This document shows positions 32,384 through 41,905 of a DNA stretch of 64,000 nt, one piece after another. Under the pieces are notes generated by a model, which was given only the letters and a program-made list of their open reading frames with translations, made no database searches and was not told where the DNA came from. Position 1 is the stretch's first letter. Every line of letters begins with the position of its first letter. The DNA is from Nitrosopumilus sp. (lineage in GTDB: Archaea; Thermoproteota; Nitrososphaeria; Nitrososphaerales; Nitrosopumilaceae), in the NCBI GenBank assembly GCA_965207445.1, contig CBDBLX010000002.1, positions 352,001 through 416,000 on the forward strand, written 5' to 3'. The translations under genes and the position numbers were made by a program.

Positions 32384-32714
32384 CGCCAGTTTCCTCAGGC
32401 ATTTGGAACAAGTAAACTTACTTTATCTTATCTCATTTTGGTCGGAAATACACGCATGGAAACTTGTGATGCCTGAGACAATTTATGACGAACTTGCTGT
32501 CAGAGGCATTCCACTGGAGATTGAAAATCTCCTACAAGCCGATACAATCCGAATAGAGTCTTGTAACCAACTCCAACTTTTGGTAGCAAGGCACGGATTG
32601 CACAGTTTGGATGATGGGGAATTGGAGGCAATATGCATAGATATATTATTTGCATGGTGTGCAATCTCAATATGTTGCTACTATACACAAAAAACAATCT
32701 CTTATACATTTTAG
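32367..32714 (+). pseudogene. PIN-domain (DUF3368-like) toxin, C-terminally truncated
   Basis: ILLDASFL, MPETIYDEL, LDDGELEAI then sequence degenerates without the final acidic motif. Confidence 0.7.
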
Positions 32715-32873
32715 ACACAGATTATGCCATTTGCATTCTTGGTGTATGGGTGCAATTGAACCCACACCACAACTAGTAAACCCACACCACAACTAGTAAA
32801 CAATTGCTAGTAAATACTATAAATTAAAATCAAACTGTATGATTGATATATTGTTACATTTACGTTTTATATA

Positions 32874-34142
32874 ATGTCGCATAAAAATGACGAATCTGAT
32901 CCAGATTTCTTGGCAATGACTTTGTACATGACTGTCATCTTGCACGAATCAATAGAATTGGCAGGTGTCATCAGAGATTTAGTGTACGAAAAGTTAACCA
33001 ATAATCCAAAAATTGTTCCAATAATGATAAAAATGTTTGAGGCTGCAGCAGACAAGGCTGCTGTTACACCACACTTGACTGATAAAAGTTTTCTCGAATC
33101 TTTGAATGCGGCATCGCATATAAAAGACCCTGCTGCAATTGCGATTAATGATATAGTATATGAGGAAGTTAGTGACTGGATGATTCGTCTACCGCATTTT
33201 GGGATCAATCAAGTGTCTGCTGAAGCCTTTGTGGCATCTTCTCCTCAAAAGGCAGCTGTTTTGGCTACTGGACGCGTAGAACAAAGTTATCTAAAAGAAC
33301 TACACGCGATATTTATGTCTCATATTAAAAAAGGATTGGTAGACTGGCCGCCTCAAGGTCGTGCTAAAAAGGTTTTTAAACAGGCCTCTGAGGCCGCAGG
33401 CTCACGAGCAGCTAGAATGGCGCTTGCAGACTGTGGCAATGCCTATGCAGTGGCAGCAGCAGCACAGGCAGTACTAGTGGAACAAACCACACCAAAACCA
33501 AAAAAATTCCTACAAAATAAAGCACCAGATATATGCGATGAATTATGTGTGGAGATGTCTAAAGTGGGCGTCTCACGAGAATGGGCCTCGGAACTGACAA
33601 AAGAGATGTTAGATGGAGCGCGCATGTATCCATATGATGGGGCCGAGGCTTGTGGGGAAACAGCAGTCCGTGCTCTCAGAGCAGCTAACAATAGAGCTGC
33701 TGATACTGCTGCGCGAACCGCGTTCTCTATTACATACTCGTTGGCTATTAGTTGTGCCTGGAGAGTCGCTCTGGACAAAGATCGCTTTGAGTCGTTGCAC
33801 AACAGAGCACTATCTGTTGCTGCACGAATGGATCGTGCGATATTTTGTGCCTTTGATCAGTTTGAATCATTTACGGGGAGTGATGCAGTAGATGATCCTC
33901 TTGATACATGGAGTATCTTTTTGTCTGCATCAAAGCTAACTGTATCTGAATGGGCTCAGATAGCACAAACAATAGACTATAGGGCCACAGCACTTGCAGC
34001 GGAGAATGCCCCTCTTATAGAATTGTATGTAAAAGAGTATGGTATAGAACCAAAGTCTTTTAATGTACAGTCTGAGTTCGTGTCAGATAAACAAATGTAC
34101 ATGCACCAAGATGATGGTGATGATTCAAAGATTGCCCACTAG
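32874..34142 (+). CDS. Ala-rich alpha-helical hypothetical protein (422 aa)
   Basis: Long ATG-initiated ORF; no family recognised. Confidence 0.8.
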   Translation: MSHKNDESDPDFLAMTLYMTVILHESIELAGVIRDLVYEKLTNNPKIVPIMIKMFEAAADKAAVTPHLTDKSFLESLNAASHIKDPAAIAINDIVYEEVSDWMIRLPHFGINQVSAEAFVASSPQKAAVLATGRVEQSYLKELHAIFMSHIKKGLVDWPPQGRAKKVFKQASEAAGSRAARMALADCGNAYAVAAAAQAVLVEQTTPKPKKFLQNKAPDICDELCVEMSKVGVSREWASELTKEMLDGARMYPYDGAEACGETAVRALRAANNRAADTAARTAFSITYSLAISCAWRVALDKDRFESLHNRALSVAARMDRAIFCAFDQFESFTGSDAVDDPLDTWSIFLSASKLTVSEWAQIAQTIDYRATALAAENAPLIELYVKEYGIEPKSFNVQSEFVSDKQMYMHQDDGDDSKIAH

Positions 34143-34219
34143 ATAACACTCAACTAATTTACTTGATTGCATACATGCACCTCGTGCAATTCTGAAATTT
34201 TAACTGTGAGCCAATTAAT

Positions 34220-35326
34220 TCACTTTACTGCATACCTGAGTAATGCTACTATGCCTCCTAAACCTGACACTCGAAGACCAATATCAGTTGTAGTGTCTAC
34301 ACCGTATATCTTGGCACCTGCTGTCTGCGCAGAATTGAGTAGATCAATTATAATCTGCTCATCATTATATTGATGTAAAGCCTGATCTGAGAATATGACA
34401 GAGTCAATTGCTCCTGTTTTGGCAGCATCATAAGTCTCTTTGTACCCCATTGTATATTTTGGAATTTTTTTATGTGCATATTTTATAATCATGTTTAAGA
34501 GACTTGTTACGTGTGCCAACTTACTATCTGACATTGCTTCTTGCATTGCCTCTGATTTGATAAAAATGTGAATGCCATCTTCTCCACTTACATCTATGCC
34601 TTCGATGATTCTAATGTTGTTGTTGTTGATTTTATCTTTGTATTTCGTATTTAGATAGTTTGCAAATTTGTTTTTTGTGTTGCCGGGTCCAAATATCATT
34701 ATCATATGATCTGTATTGTGACTCTCAGTTATGGTGTTGATGGATATGCCAATCTGTGCAAAAAAACTTTCCGTATTTTGACTTGTCTTGTAGCGCTTAC
34801 CCCCTGCACCAGAGTATATGTTAGGAGAGATATCCAAATGTGTACCTTTGAGGGTTGCCACACTACAATCCCTTGTATCAATTGCAACTAGAATAAAGTT
34901 TGTACTTTTACTGGATTTGTTATCTCCTTTTTTTAGTATGTTGTATTCTATTTGTGACCAACGAGTATTACCATCATCACTCTTTGTACCTTTTTTTGTT
35001 ATTGTAATTGTGCTGTTTGGTGTAATGGTCATAGAGTGATGCGTACCGTGTGATACTGACTCGTTATTTGACTCTAATACAGATCCTCCAACTCTAAGTC
35101 TACTTAATGTACCATCAAGTGATATCTTTTCTGCTGTAATTGATACGATAATTCTAACACGTTCACCTCTATCTGGTCTAGCGTAGTCTCTGTCTCGTTT
35201 GATTACTCGCATTGTGGATCCTGTGACAATGTAGCCGAACTTTATGACACGTCGTAATGCAATCAAGTCATCTATGTCCTCTACTGTTATGACTAGGGTG
35301 GATTCATCTATTTTTTTGACTATCAC
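34220..35326 (-). CDS. pelA: mRNA surveillance protein Pelota (Dom34)
   Basis: DDL..L..VI, RLRVGG, HHSMTI, GPG..K, LGGIVALLRY. Confidence 0.92.
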   Translation of the reverse strand: MIVKKIDESTLVITVEDIDDLIALRRVIKFGYIVTGSTMRVIKRDRDYARPDRGERVRIIVSITAEKISLDGTLSRLRVGGSVLESNNESVSHGTHHSMTITPNSTITITKKGTKSDDGNTRWSQIEYNILKKGDNKSSKSTNFILVAIDTRDCSVATLKGTHLDISPNIYSGAGGKRYKTSQNTESFFAQIGISINTITESHNTDHMIMIFGPGNTKNKFANYLNTKYKDKINNNNIRIIEGIDVSGEDGIHIFIKSEAMQEAMSDSKLAHVTSLLNMIIKYAHKKIPKYTMGYKETYDAAKTGAIDSVIFSDQALHQYNDEQIIIDLLNSAQTAGAKIYGVDTTTDIGLRVSGLGGIVALLRYAVK

Positions 35327-35433
35327 ATGTTACCCTACTTGTATCGTGATAAATTCTATGCGCGTGTAATAGGTGCTTGTTGTTATCAGTGGCAGTTATT
35401 GGAAATTTTTATCATTTTCATTGGTGTCTTGTT

Positions 35434-35964
35434 CTATTTGGTCAATCCACTTGAAGAGGTATTTGACCTCACATCAAAATTTTTATCATTTTCATTGGTG
35501 TCTTGTTCTACTCTTTGTCCATCACCATCACTCACATCACCACCATCACTCACATCACCACCCTCGCCATCATCTTTCTTTGTCTTTTCTTTGAGATACT
35601 CTTTGACCCATTCTAGAGTTATTACACCTGATTCTGATAGATTTGCCAACGAGTTTATCGATGCCTCCCCTGTCACCTTGCCGTTGTATCGTCTCAGATT
35701 GCGCCACTTAAGGCTTGTGTTCCCACTCTTTGATTTGTATATTATACCCAAAACACCCCTTGCATTGACAAACGTCACGCCCCTGATCTTTTTTAGTGTG
35801 ACTTTGTCAACTGCCTCTACATATATTGCACTGTCTGGCTCTTCTCTCTCTGCAAATATCTCTTGATCATTGAGATAGCTTCGGGGTGCATATGATCTAC
35901 AGGTACTAAACATGACAAATTTTCTAAAACTTTCAAGTGATGCTGGAGTCTCAATTAGAACCAT
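35434..35964 (-). CDS. conserved hypothetical protein with acidic low-complexity tail
   Basis: Globular N-terminal ~125 aa, then GGDVSD x2 tail; ATG 35964 preferred. Confidence 0.75.
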   Translation of the reverse strand: MVLIETPASLESFRKFVMFSTCRSYAPRSYLNDQEIFAEREEPDSAIYVEAVDKVTLKKIRGVTFVNARGVLGIIYKSKSGNTSLKWRNLRRYNGKVTGEASINSLANLSESGVITLEWVKEYLKEKTKKDDGEGGDVSDGGDVSDGDGQRVEQDTNENDKNFDVRSNTSSSGLTK

Positions 35965-36267
35965 TTTGCAGAAATGCAATTTGGCCCATTTATCAAGCTT
36001 TTGAGACGGTCTGTATTTTGTATTTTACTCTCAAATTTAACACAAATTATCATCAAAACATGACACAAGGTTGAATGACCCTTTATCTATACATATTGTA
36101 GCAATGGTAGTAAAGATTGATACAACTAGTAGAGTGTTTATCAAATGCAGGCAATGATGAATCTATCCCTCTGATGTTCCACTAGTGGGTAAACATATGA
36201 TGACGATCTTGAGTTCAGAGTCCTGCAATATTTTTAATAACTGCCATTCTCTGACCACTAGTAACAA

Positions 36268-36690
36268 TTGAAATCCCTCACAAAACACTTGGTCTTTGAG
36301 ACCAATTCACGCATTGAATTTATCAACATAACACCTCAGATCAAACATCTAGTCAAAGAGAGCGGTGTTCGAGAAGGTATTTGCCTTGTAAATGCAATGC
36401 ACATTACAGCTAGTGTATTCATAAATGATAATGAAGATGGATTGTTGCATGACTATACACAATGGTTGGAGAAACTAGCACCTCATGAACCAGTTGATGC
36501 ATACAATCATAACTCTGGAACAGGAGAAGACAATGCAGATGCTCACATGAAGCGTCAGATAATGGGCCGCGAAGTCGTCGTTGCAATTACAAACAACACT
36601 CTTGACTTTGGGCCTTGGGAGCAGATCTTTTATGGTGAGTTTGATGGAATGCGCAAAAAACGTGTTCTAGTCAAGATAATCGGTGAGTAA
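36268..36690 (+). CDS. yjbQ: YjbQ/UPF0047 family protein
   Basis: [31 protein letters not shown]. Confidence 0.92.
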   Translation: MKSLTKHLVFETNSRIEFINITPQIKHLVKESGVREGICLVNAMHITASVFINDNEDGLLHDYTQWLEKLAPHEPVDAYNHNSGTGEDNADAHMKRQIMGREVVVAITNNTLDFGPWEQIFYGEFDGMRKKRVLVKIIGE

Positions 36691-36701
36691 AAATCAATCA
36701 A

Positions 36702-36866
36702 CTAACCAAAATCCGCATCGCGTTTTTGGCTTTGTGTCTCGTTCTTTCGTGCAGACACTCTGAATTCGTCTTTGTGGTTTTGTGGACCATGACCGCATAG
36801 TATACACCCAATCTTAAAACCATTCTCATTCTTACTATACTCATTACAGCCACAAAAACATACCAT
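36702..36866 (-). CDS. small putative zinc-binding protein (54 aa), absent from ORF track
   Basis: Manual translation MVCFCGCNEYSKNENGFKIGCILCGHGPQNHKDEFR... Confidence 0.65.
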   Translation of the reverse strand: MVCFCGCNEYSKNENGFKIGCILCGHGPQNHKDEFRVSARKNETQSQKRDADFG

Positions 36867-37109
36867 GGATTGAAATTCTGTATAGTAGTTATATCTCTTG
36901 TTTTCTTGGTGTATGTTTGACGTTTAATTTGTGTGATGATTTTGTATATCGTATTTTTGTATATCGTATTTTTGTATATTATGATTTGATATATAATGAT
37001 CTTATATATAATTATTTTATATATGATTATTATAAAATATGGTCGTTATAATATATGATTATTTGATTATATAATATTTTAAATGATAGAGTTTATTTAT
37101 ATAATTATA

Positions 37110-37592
37110 TTATTTTTTGTCATCTTTTTGATCAGTCGGGCAACACTCACCTAATGGTATTGCGTGTCCATGTGGGGATACTTCTGGGCATCCTAACATC
37201 GTACATAACGCATCTGTAAATTGCTTGTTCATGTGATGCTCTATACCACAGACCATCTCTTCGTTGATCTCTACTTTGAGTGCATTTTGCATCAAAACTT
37301 CTAACAGTCTGCTGTTTCTTACCATACTGGCTCCGATCTTTGCACCCTCTGCTGTCAATTTTACTCCTGCTTTGTTATAGTTGACAAGTTTTTTCTTGTT
37401 GAGTTTTTTGAGCATCTGTACTACACTTGGTTGCTTGACGTGCAACATATCTGCAATTGAGGTGATCTTTACCTCACCTCCTCGTTCTTTGATGTGCCAT
37501 ATTGCCTTGAGATACATCTCTACGTGTTCTGCTTCTGCTGTGCCTACAAAAAGACGCTCGTAGGTTTTGTCGTCTCGTGTATTATTTTGCAT
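37110..37592 (-). CDS. DtxR/MntR family metal-dependent regulator
   Basis: EMYLKAIW, HTH VKQPSVVQMLKKL, RLLE, CGIEHH, SPHGHAIP. Confidence 0.92.
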   Translation of the reverse strand: MQNNTRDDKTYERLFVGTAEAEHVEMYLKAIWHIKERGGEVKITSIADMLHVKQPSVVQMLKKLNKKKLVNYNKAGVKLTAEGAKIGASMVRNSRLLEVLMQNALKVEINEEMVCGIEHHMNKQFTDALCTMLGCPEVSPHGHAIPLGECCPTDQKDDKK

Positions 37593-37679
37593 ATTGTAAA
37601 TATTTTGTATCTTTTAATAAATATTTGACTTTGTTTTGTTCTGTTATGGTGTTCTATGTTTGTAGAGTATCTTTTTTTT

Positions 37680-38717
37680 CTACTCTTCGCGTAAAACTAA
37701 TTTTGATATTGTAACATCTGTTGGTATATTTTGCTCTACTGCATAGGCTATTGCTGCAATGTTGCGTACCTCAAAGGCTGTTAGTTTGGTGATCCCTATG
37801 ATTGTTGAGAAACTAAACATTTTGGTAAATGCCCTTGTAGATGCAGTGTATATTGCCATCTCAAAGGCGCGCTCAAATTGGGCTACTGCATCAAGTTCAT
37901 TTTCAACATCTGGTATCATTGTTTTATATCTGGTGCTTGAGAGCTCTGCAAATGCATCTGATACTTTTGCTGCTGTAATCATTCTGCCTAATAGTTCTCT
38001 TGGTATGGAGGGTGTACTTGATACGATCAGATCTTCTATCTGAGTGTCGTCTAGTCCCCAAAGTTTTCCCCTTATTACACAAAGTATATTGTAAAAGTCT
38101 ATATCCATCCCAATGAGTCTGATGACTTCTCTCTCTCGTGTATTTTTAATAGCCTTGCCAAGTTGTTTGTAGAGAATCTTATCAAAATATGTATCAAATA
38201 TTTGTATGTTCTTTTTCTCATTGTATGCCGCTAGTGCCTTTACAATATCTGCTCCAAATCGTGCTGAGCTTAGGTTGGCTACTGCCTCCTCCAAGTCCTT
38301 TGCAACTAGTGCCTTTACTACAATATCGCGTTGCTTCATCAACTCTTCTGCCTTTAGATTCAAATGTCGCTCAAGTTCACTTTGATTCTTCCCTAGTACT
38401 TTGCCTTTGAGTATTATCTTTAGGTTTGTTATGATGAATCTCATGTAATATGCATCAAGCAATAGTGACTTTTTTCCTGTTGTACGTGCTATGGAGTGGT
38501 GTACTTGTGCCAAATGACCTCTCAAGGAGGATTCTATCTTTTGTGACGTGTATGGCTTTTGTATCTCTGATACTGCATCTGCATATATGGTGTTCTTGAT
38601 TCGAGTCATCAACTCATCTAGATCTCTTGATTCTGCCAAGGTTTGAAAGTCAGATCGTGCTAATAGCTTGCCTTTTTTGCTATATGCCTTTACCGATGCG
38701 TATATGTTTTTACCCAT
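37680..38717 (-). CDS. atpC: A/V-type ATP synthase subunit C
   Basis: YASVKAYSKKGKLL, D..N-type motif (IDFYNI), FEVRNIAAIAY; 345 aa. Confidence 0.9.
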   Translation of the reverse strand: MGKNIYASVKAYSKKGKLLARSDFQTLAESRDLDELMTRIKNTIYADAVSEIQKPYTSQKIESSLRGHLAQVHHSIARTTGKKSLLLDAYYMRFIITNLKIILKGKVLGKNQSELERHLNLKAEELMKQRDIVVKALVAKDLEEAVANLSSARFGADIVKALAAYNEKKNIQIFDTYFDKILYKQLGKAIKNTREREVIRLIGMDIDFYNILCVIRGKLWGLDDTQIEDLIVSSTPSIPRELLGRMITAAKVSDAFAELSSTRYKTMIPDVENELDAVAQFERAFEMAIYTASTRAFTKMFSFSTIIGITKLTAFEVRNIAAIAYAVEQNIPTDVTISKLVLREE

Positions 38718-38790
38718 TTATTATTTTACAATGCGCTGTGGATTTTAATGTTTGTGCATTATGATTCTCCTGCAAACTGGTCGGAACAGG

Positions 38791-38833
38791 CGTGCCTATT
38801 TATGATCATCAATAATTGGACCTGAACGCTTAC
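38791..38833. mobile_element. orphan IS end (GTAAGCGTTCAGG type, IS66-like)
   Basis: Matches 62700-62742 directly and 61842-61884 in reverse. Confidence 0.7.
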
Positions 38834-38885
38834 TCAAATCAGCGCTCTACTGTATCATGCCAAATAAATAACTCCAGTTAATTTC

Positions 38886-40382
38886 TTGCGTATGATCAAA
38901 CACTATATTATGAGGAATTTTAGACGGTCCAGCAACTCCACCCACCTGAATCTAGATGTCGACATTCGTAACTTTGGACCTATATCAAAAGCACATATTT
39001 CACTCAAACCACTCACCATACTTGTAGGTCCAAACAACTCGGGCAAATCATACGCTGCAGCGCTCATCCACTCCATAGTGTCATCACAGGAGGAGTTTGC
39101 GGGACTATCCTGGTGGGGACGTTATAAACCGCGTATAGCGCCACGTTCTAAATTAGCAAACGAAATGACAGTCTGTAAGAACAGAATACGTGACTTGATC
39201 AAAAATAAGGGCCATGTGGATGTACCTACAGACCTCATGGACATTGTAGCCAAACTGTACATTGAAACAGTTACCAAAGATGTGTTGATTCCCAGAATCG
39301 AATACATCTTTGGCTCATCTATCAGCAACATGACTAAGATCGGTAGCAAATCACTCTCAATAACAATCACAACAGATAGTAAAAACAAAATCGTCATTAA
39401 TGACAAAAAAATTCCAACGTCTCGATATTCCAAATTAGGAGTAAGCTCGAGTATTGAATTTGTGCGTACATCTCAGCGCACTTTACATGAATACGAATTA
39501 AGCAACAACCATGTTGTTTACAAAGTAAATCCAGATTGGCCAGAACACATACAGTTAGAACACGTGTTGTCGTCAATGCATGACTACTTGTCCGATGTGA
39601 TAAGTTCTGGTTTGCCATCTGATTCACACCACCTTCCCGCCACGAGATCGGGCGTTCTTCAAGGCCACAAAGCACTGACCATAAATATAATCAAAAATGC
39701 GGCCCATGCCGGTCTGGATCCACTGGTGATCACCAAGCTGTCTGGAATCACTTTGGACTTTATATCGACAATCATAGATATGCCCCAACACAAAGGCCCA
39801 TTCTTTAACATTGCCCAAGATCTGGAAAAAAACATACTGGGTGGGAAAATCAATATTTCAGTCGATGCTAGGACAGGTTCTTCTGAGATACAATACCGAT
39901 ACAAACGCAGAGTGCTTCCTCTGCACCTAACGTCCTCCACAGTATCGGAGCTTGCACCCCTGATACTATACCTCAAATACGTGGTTAGAAAAGGTGACCT
40001 AATAATACTTGAAGAACCGGAGGCTCACTTGCATCCACGTATGCAGATAATTCTTGCTCGCTATATTGTAAAAATGATTAGACACGGGATCAATATACTG
40101 ATAATGACCCACAGCATCTTTGTATACAATCTATTGAGTCAGTTTTTAATGAGCAGTAAGACTAGATCAAAAACAAGTAAAAAGTTAAACTTTGACGAGG
40201 ATGACTACCTTGAGGAGAGTGAAATATCTGCCTACTCTTTTGAAAAATTAGATGTTGGCTCCTATGTTGCCAAATCCATGGATCATTCTGCCGAAGAGGG
40301 TATGCAGTCAAATGAGTTTTCAGAAGCTATTGATACCATGTATAACGGAAGAGTAATCATAGAACAGAACATGCCAGTGTGA
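38886..40382 (+). CDS. ABC-type ATPase (AAA_15/AAA_21-like), paralog of 11387..12793
   Basis: IRNFGPI, GPNNSGKS, SSTVSELAPL, LEEPEAHLHP, MTHS. Confidence 0.9.
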   Translation: MRMIKHYIMRNFRRSSNSTHLNLDVDIRNFGPISKAHISLKPLTILVGPNNSGKSYAAALIHSIVSSQEEFAGLSWWGRYKPRIAPRSKLANEMTVCKNRIRDLIKNKGHVDVPTDLMDIVAKLYIETVTKDVLIPRIEYIFGSSISNMTKIGSKSLSITITTDSKNKIVINDKKIPTSRYSKLGVSSSIEFVRTSQRTLHEYELSNNHVVYKVNPDWPEHIQLEHVLSSMHDYLSDVISSGLPSDSHHLPATRSGVLQGHKALTINIIKNAAHAGLDPLVITKLSGITLDFISTIIDMPQHKGPFFNIAQDLEKNILGGKINISVDARTGSSEIQYRYKRRVLPLHLTSSTVSELAPLILYLKYVVRKGDLIILEEPEAHLHPRMQIILARYIVKMIRHGINILIMTHSIFVYNLLSQFLMSSKTRSKTSKKLNFDEDDYLEESEISAYSFEKLDVGSYVAKSMDHSAEEGMQSNEFSEAIDTMYNGRVIIEQNMPV

Positions 40383-40386
40383 AAAT

Positions 40387-40652
40387 ATGTCACTTGATGA
40401 TATACGTAAAAAATACGACTCAGGTGATGGATGCCACGAGAAAGGCAGTTAAATGCATGTATATCGCTTGCAGAGCAGATCTGCAATCAACATATAAAGA
40501 AAAACAGTCCAATCATAATGCCCATTATTCTGAGCAAAAATGTTCGAGATGAAATTAGGATGAAAATCGGAGAAGCTACTGTGCAAATTCGTGAAAAAAC
40601 CAAACACATTTCACGTAAAGATTGCGGCACGCATATATCCAGCATATACTAA
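40387..40652 (+). pseudogene. internally deleted partner of the ATPase (homolog of 10908..11423)
   Basis: MSLDDIRKKY...CHEKG (cf. IKKIY...CCEHG) joined out of frame to a C-terminal half; D..ExK core missing. Confidence 0.6.
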
Positions 40653-40689
40653 ATCCGTGATTATCAGATGAAATTAGACCTTATGCGTA

Positions 40690-40795
40690 CTGATATGATT
40701 CAAGATCCGATATTTTGATTGATATTCATCTCGAAGTTGAGCACATATTATGAATACAAAATATTAGAAAACTATCGGATCTTTAATGAAACTAT
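40690..40795 (-). mobile_element. 106-bp MITE (IS630-related), copy 3
   Basis: Reverse complement of 1240-1345 with few substitutions; TA both sides. Confidence 0.9.
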
Positions 40796-40806
40796 TATGC
40801 GCAATG

Positions 40807-40985
40807 GGTTCTTTTGCAAACGCGGTTGGTGACAATTAATACAGATTTGAACCATTACAGTCAATCCGGACACGTAACTCGTATTTTATCGCCACGTATG
40901 ATAAACTTCAAACCCTCTGCCTTGTGCCCGCCAGACATTAGGCGATGAATCTGTGTCTAAGTTTAGGAAAGGGTTAAACGATTAC
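40807..40985. mobile_element. chimeric remnant: IS6-like end fused to GTAAC-type MITE
   Basis: 40807-40919 is the reverse complement of ~31560-31672; 40920-40985 matches the 12844/56140 MITE interior and right end. Confidence 0.75.
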
Positions 40986-41050
40986 TTGTGTGGCGCATAA
41001 TTTATGATCAAATTTTTGGATTAGTTGTATGGATGGCTCATGAAAATCAC

Positions 41051-41791
41051 TTAAAGTGGTTTGTCTTTATCACCATTTATCATCTCATTTAGCATATCTA
41101 TAACATCACTACGTTTTTGCTTTGAGAATGTCATAAATGCTACCACGAGCTCTTTTTGAATCAAGAATGATTCATCACGTATAGTGTAAAGTTGCATCAG
41201 ATCAAATGGTAGCAGACTTTTGATCTTTTCCTCACAAAATGCACTTACATACAACTGTACAATATAGGCAACAAATAGAGGACATGTCTCAGATAGCATA
41301 ACTAGTACGTCTGCAAATCTTTCTTTTTTATGCTCCTCTGTTGCTGGAGTTGGAGTTGTTGTTGTGGCAGTAGATGTGGCCGTAGATGTTTCCCTAAAAA
41401 ACTCCTTTAACAACTCTGTTCTCTGTTCTGCGTCACTTGCAAGTGCTACTGCTACCAAGATTCCTTCTCTTGTGAGCTTGTAATACGGAACTCCTACTTC
41501 TTGCAGTGCTTTGGGACCTCGTTTTAATGGCAACCTTCCCTCTTCTTTTACTATATGCATAGGCAACAAGATCTCATCAAAATCTCTGAATATTCCAGAG
41601 TATATGTTCTTCCATACAGTCCCTTCTGTCTTTGCCATCAGTTGTGCTATACCTGTTCTTGTACGGTCAGCGGGATTGCCTTTACTCTTTGATAATGCAT
41701 TTATTATATTGCGCTGTCTCTTGGCCTCGCCTGTGATTCCTTTTTGACCTGTCTTGAATCTACTAAATACTGCTAATTTGTTCTCTTTCAT
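41051..41791 (-). CDS. conserved hypothetical winged-helix-like protein divergent from amt
   Basis: RTRTGIAQ, EEGRLPLKRGPKALQ, YYKLTREG; Thr-rich insertion. Confidence 0.8.
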   Translation of the reverse strand: MKENKLAVFSRFKTGQKGITGEAKRQRNIINALSKSKGNPADRTRTGIAQLMAKTEGTVWKNIYSGIFRDFDEILLPMHIVKEEGRLPLKRGPKALQEVGVPYYKLTREGILVAVALASDAEQRTELLKEFFRETSTATSTATTTTPTPATEEHKKERFADVLVMLSETCPLFVAYIVQLYVSAFCEEKIKSLLPFDLMQLYTIRDESFLIQKELVVAFMTFSKQKRSDVIDMLNEMINGDKDKPL

Positions 41792-41905
41792 TATCTCACC
41801 TTGACATATTTTTTACTTTTTATGATATTATCCAATCATTGGCAAATATAAGAATTTACTATTTTTATATTTTTTTAATATTCAACTCTTAAATAATTTC
41901 ATTTT

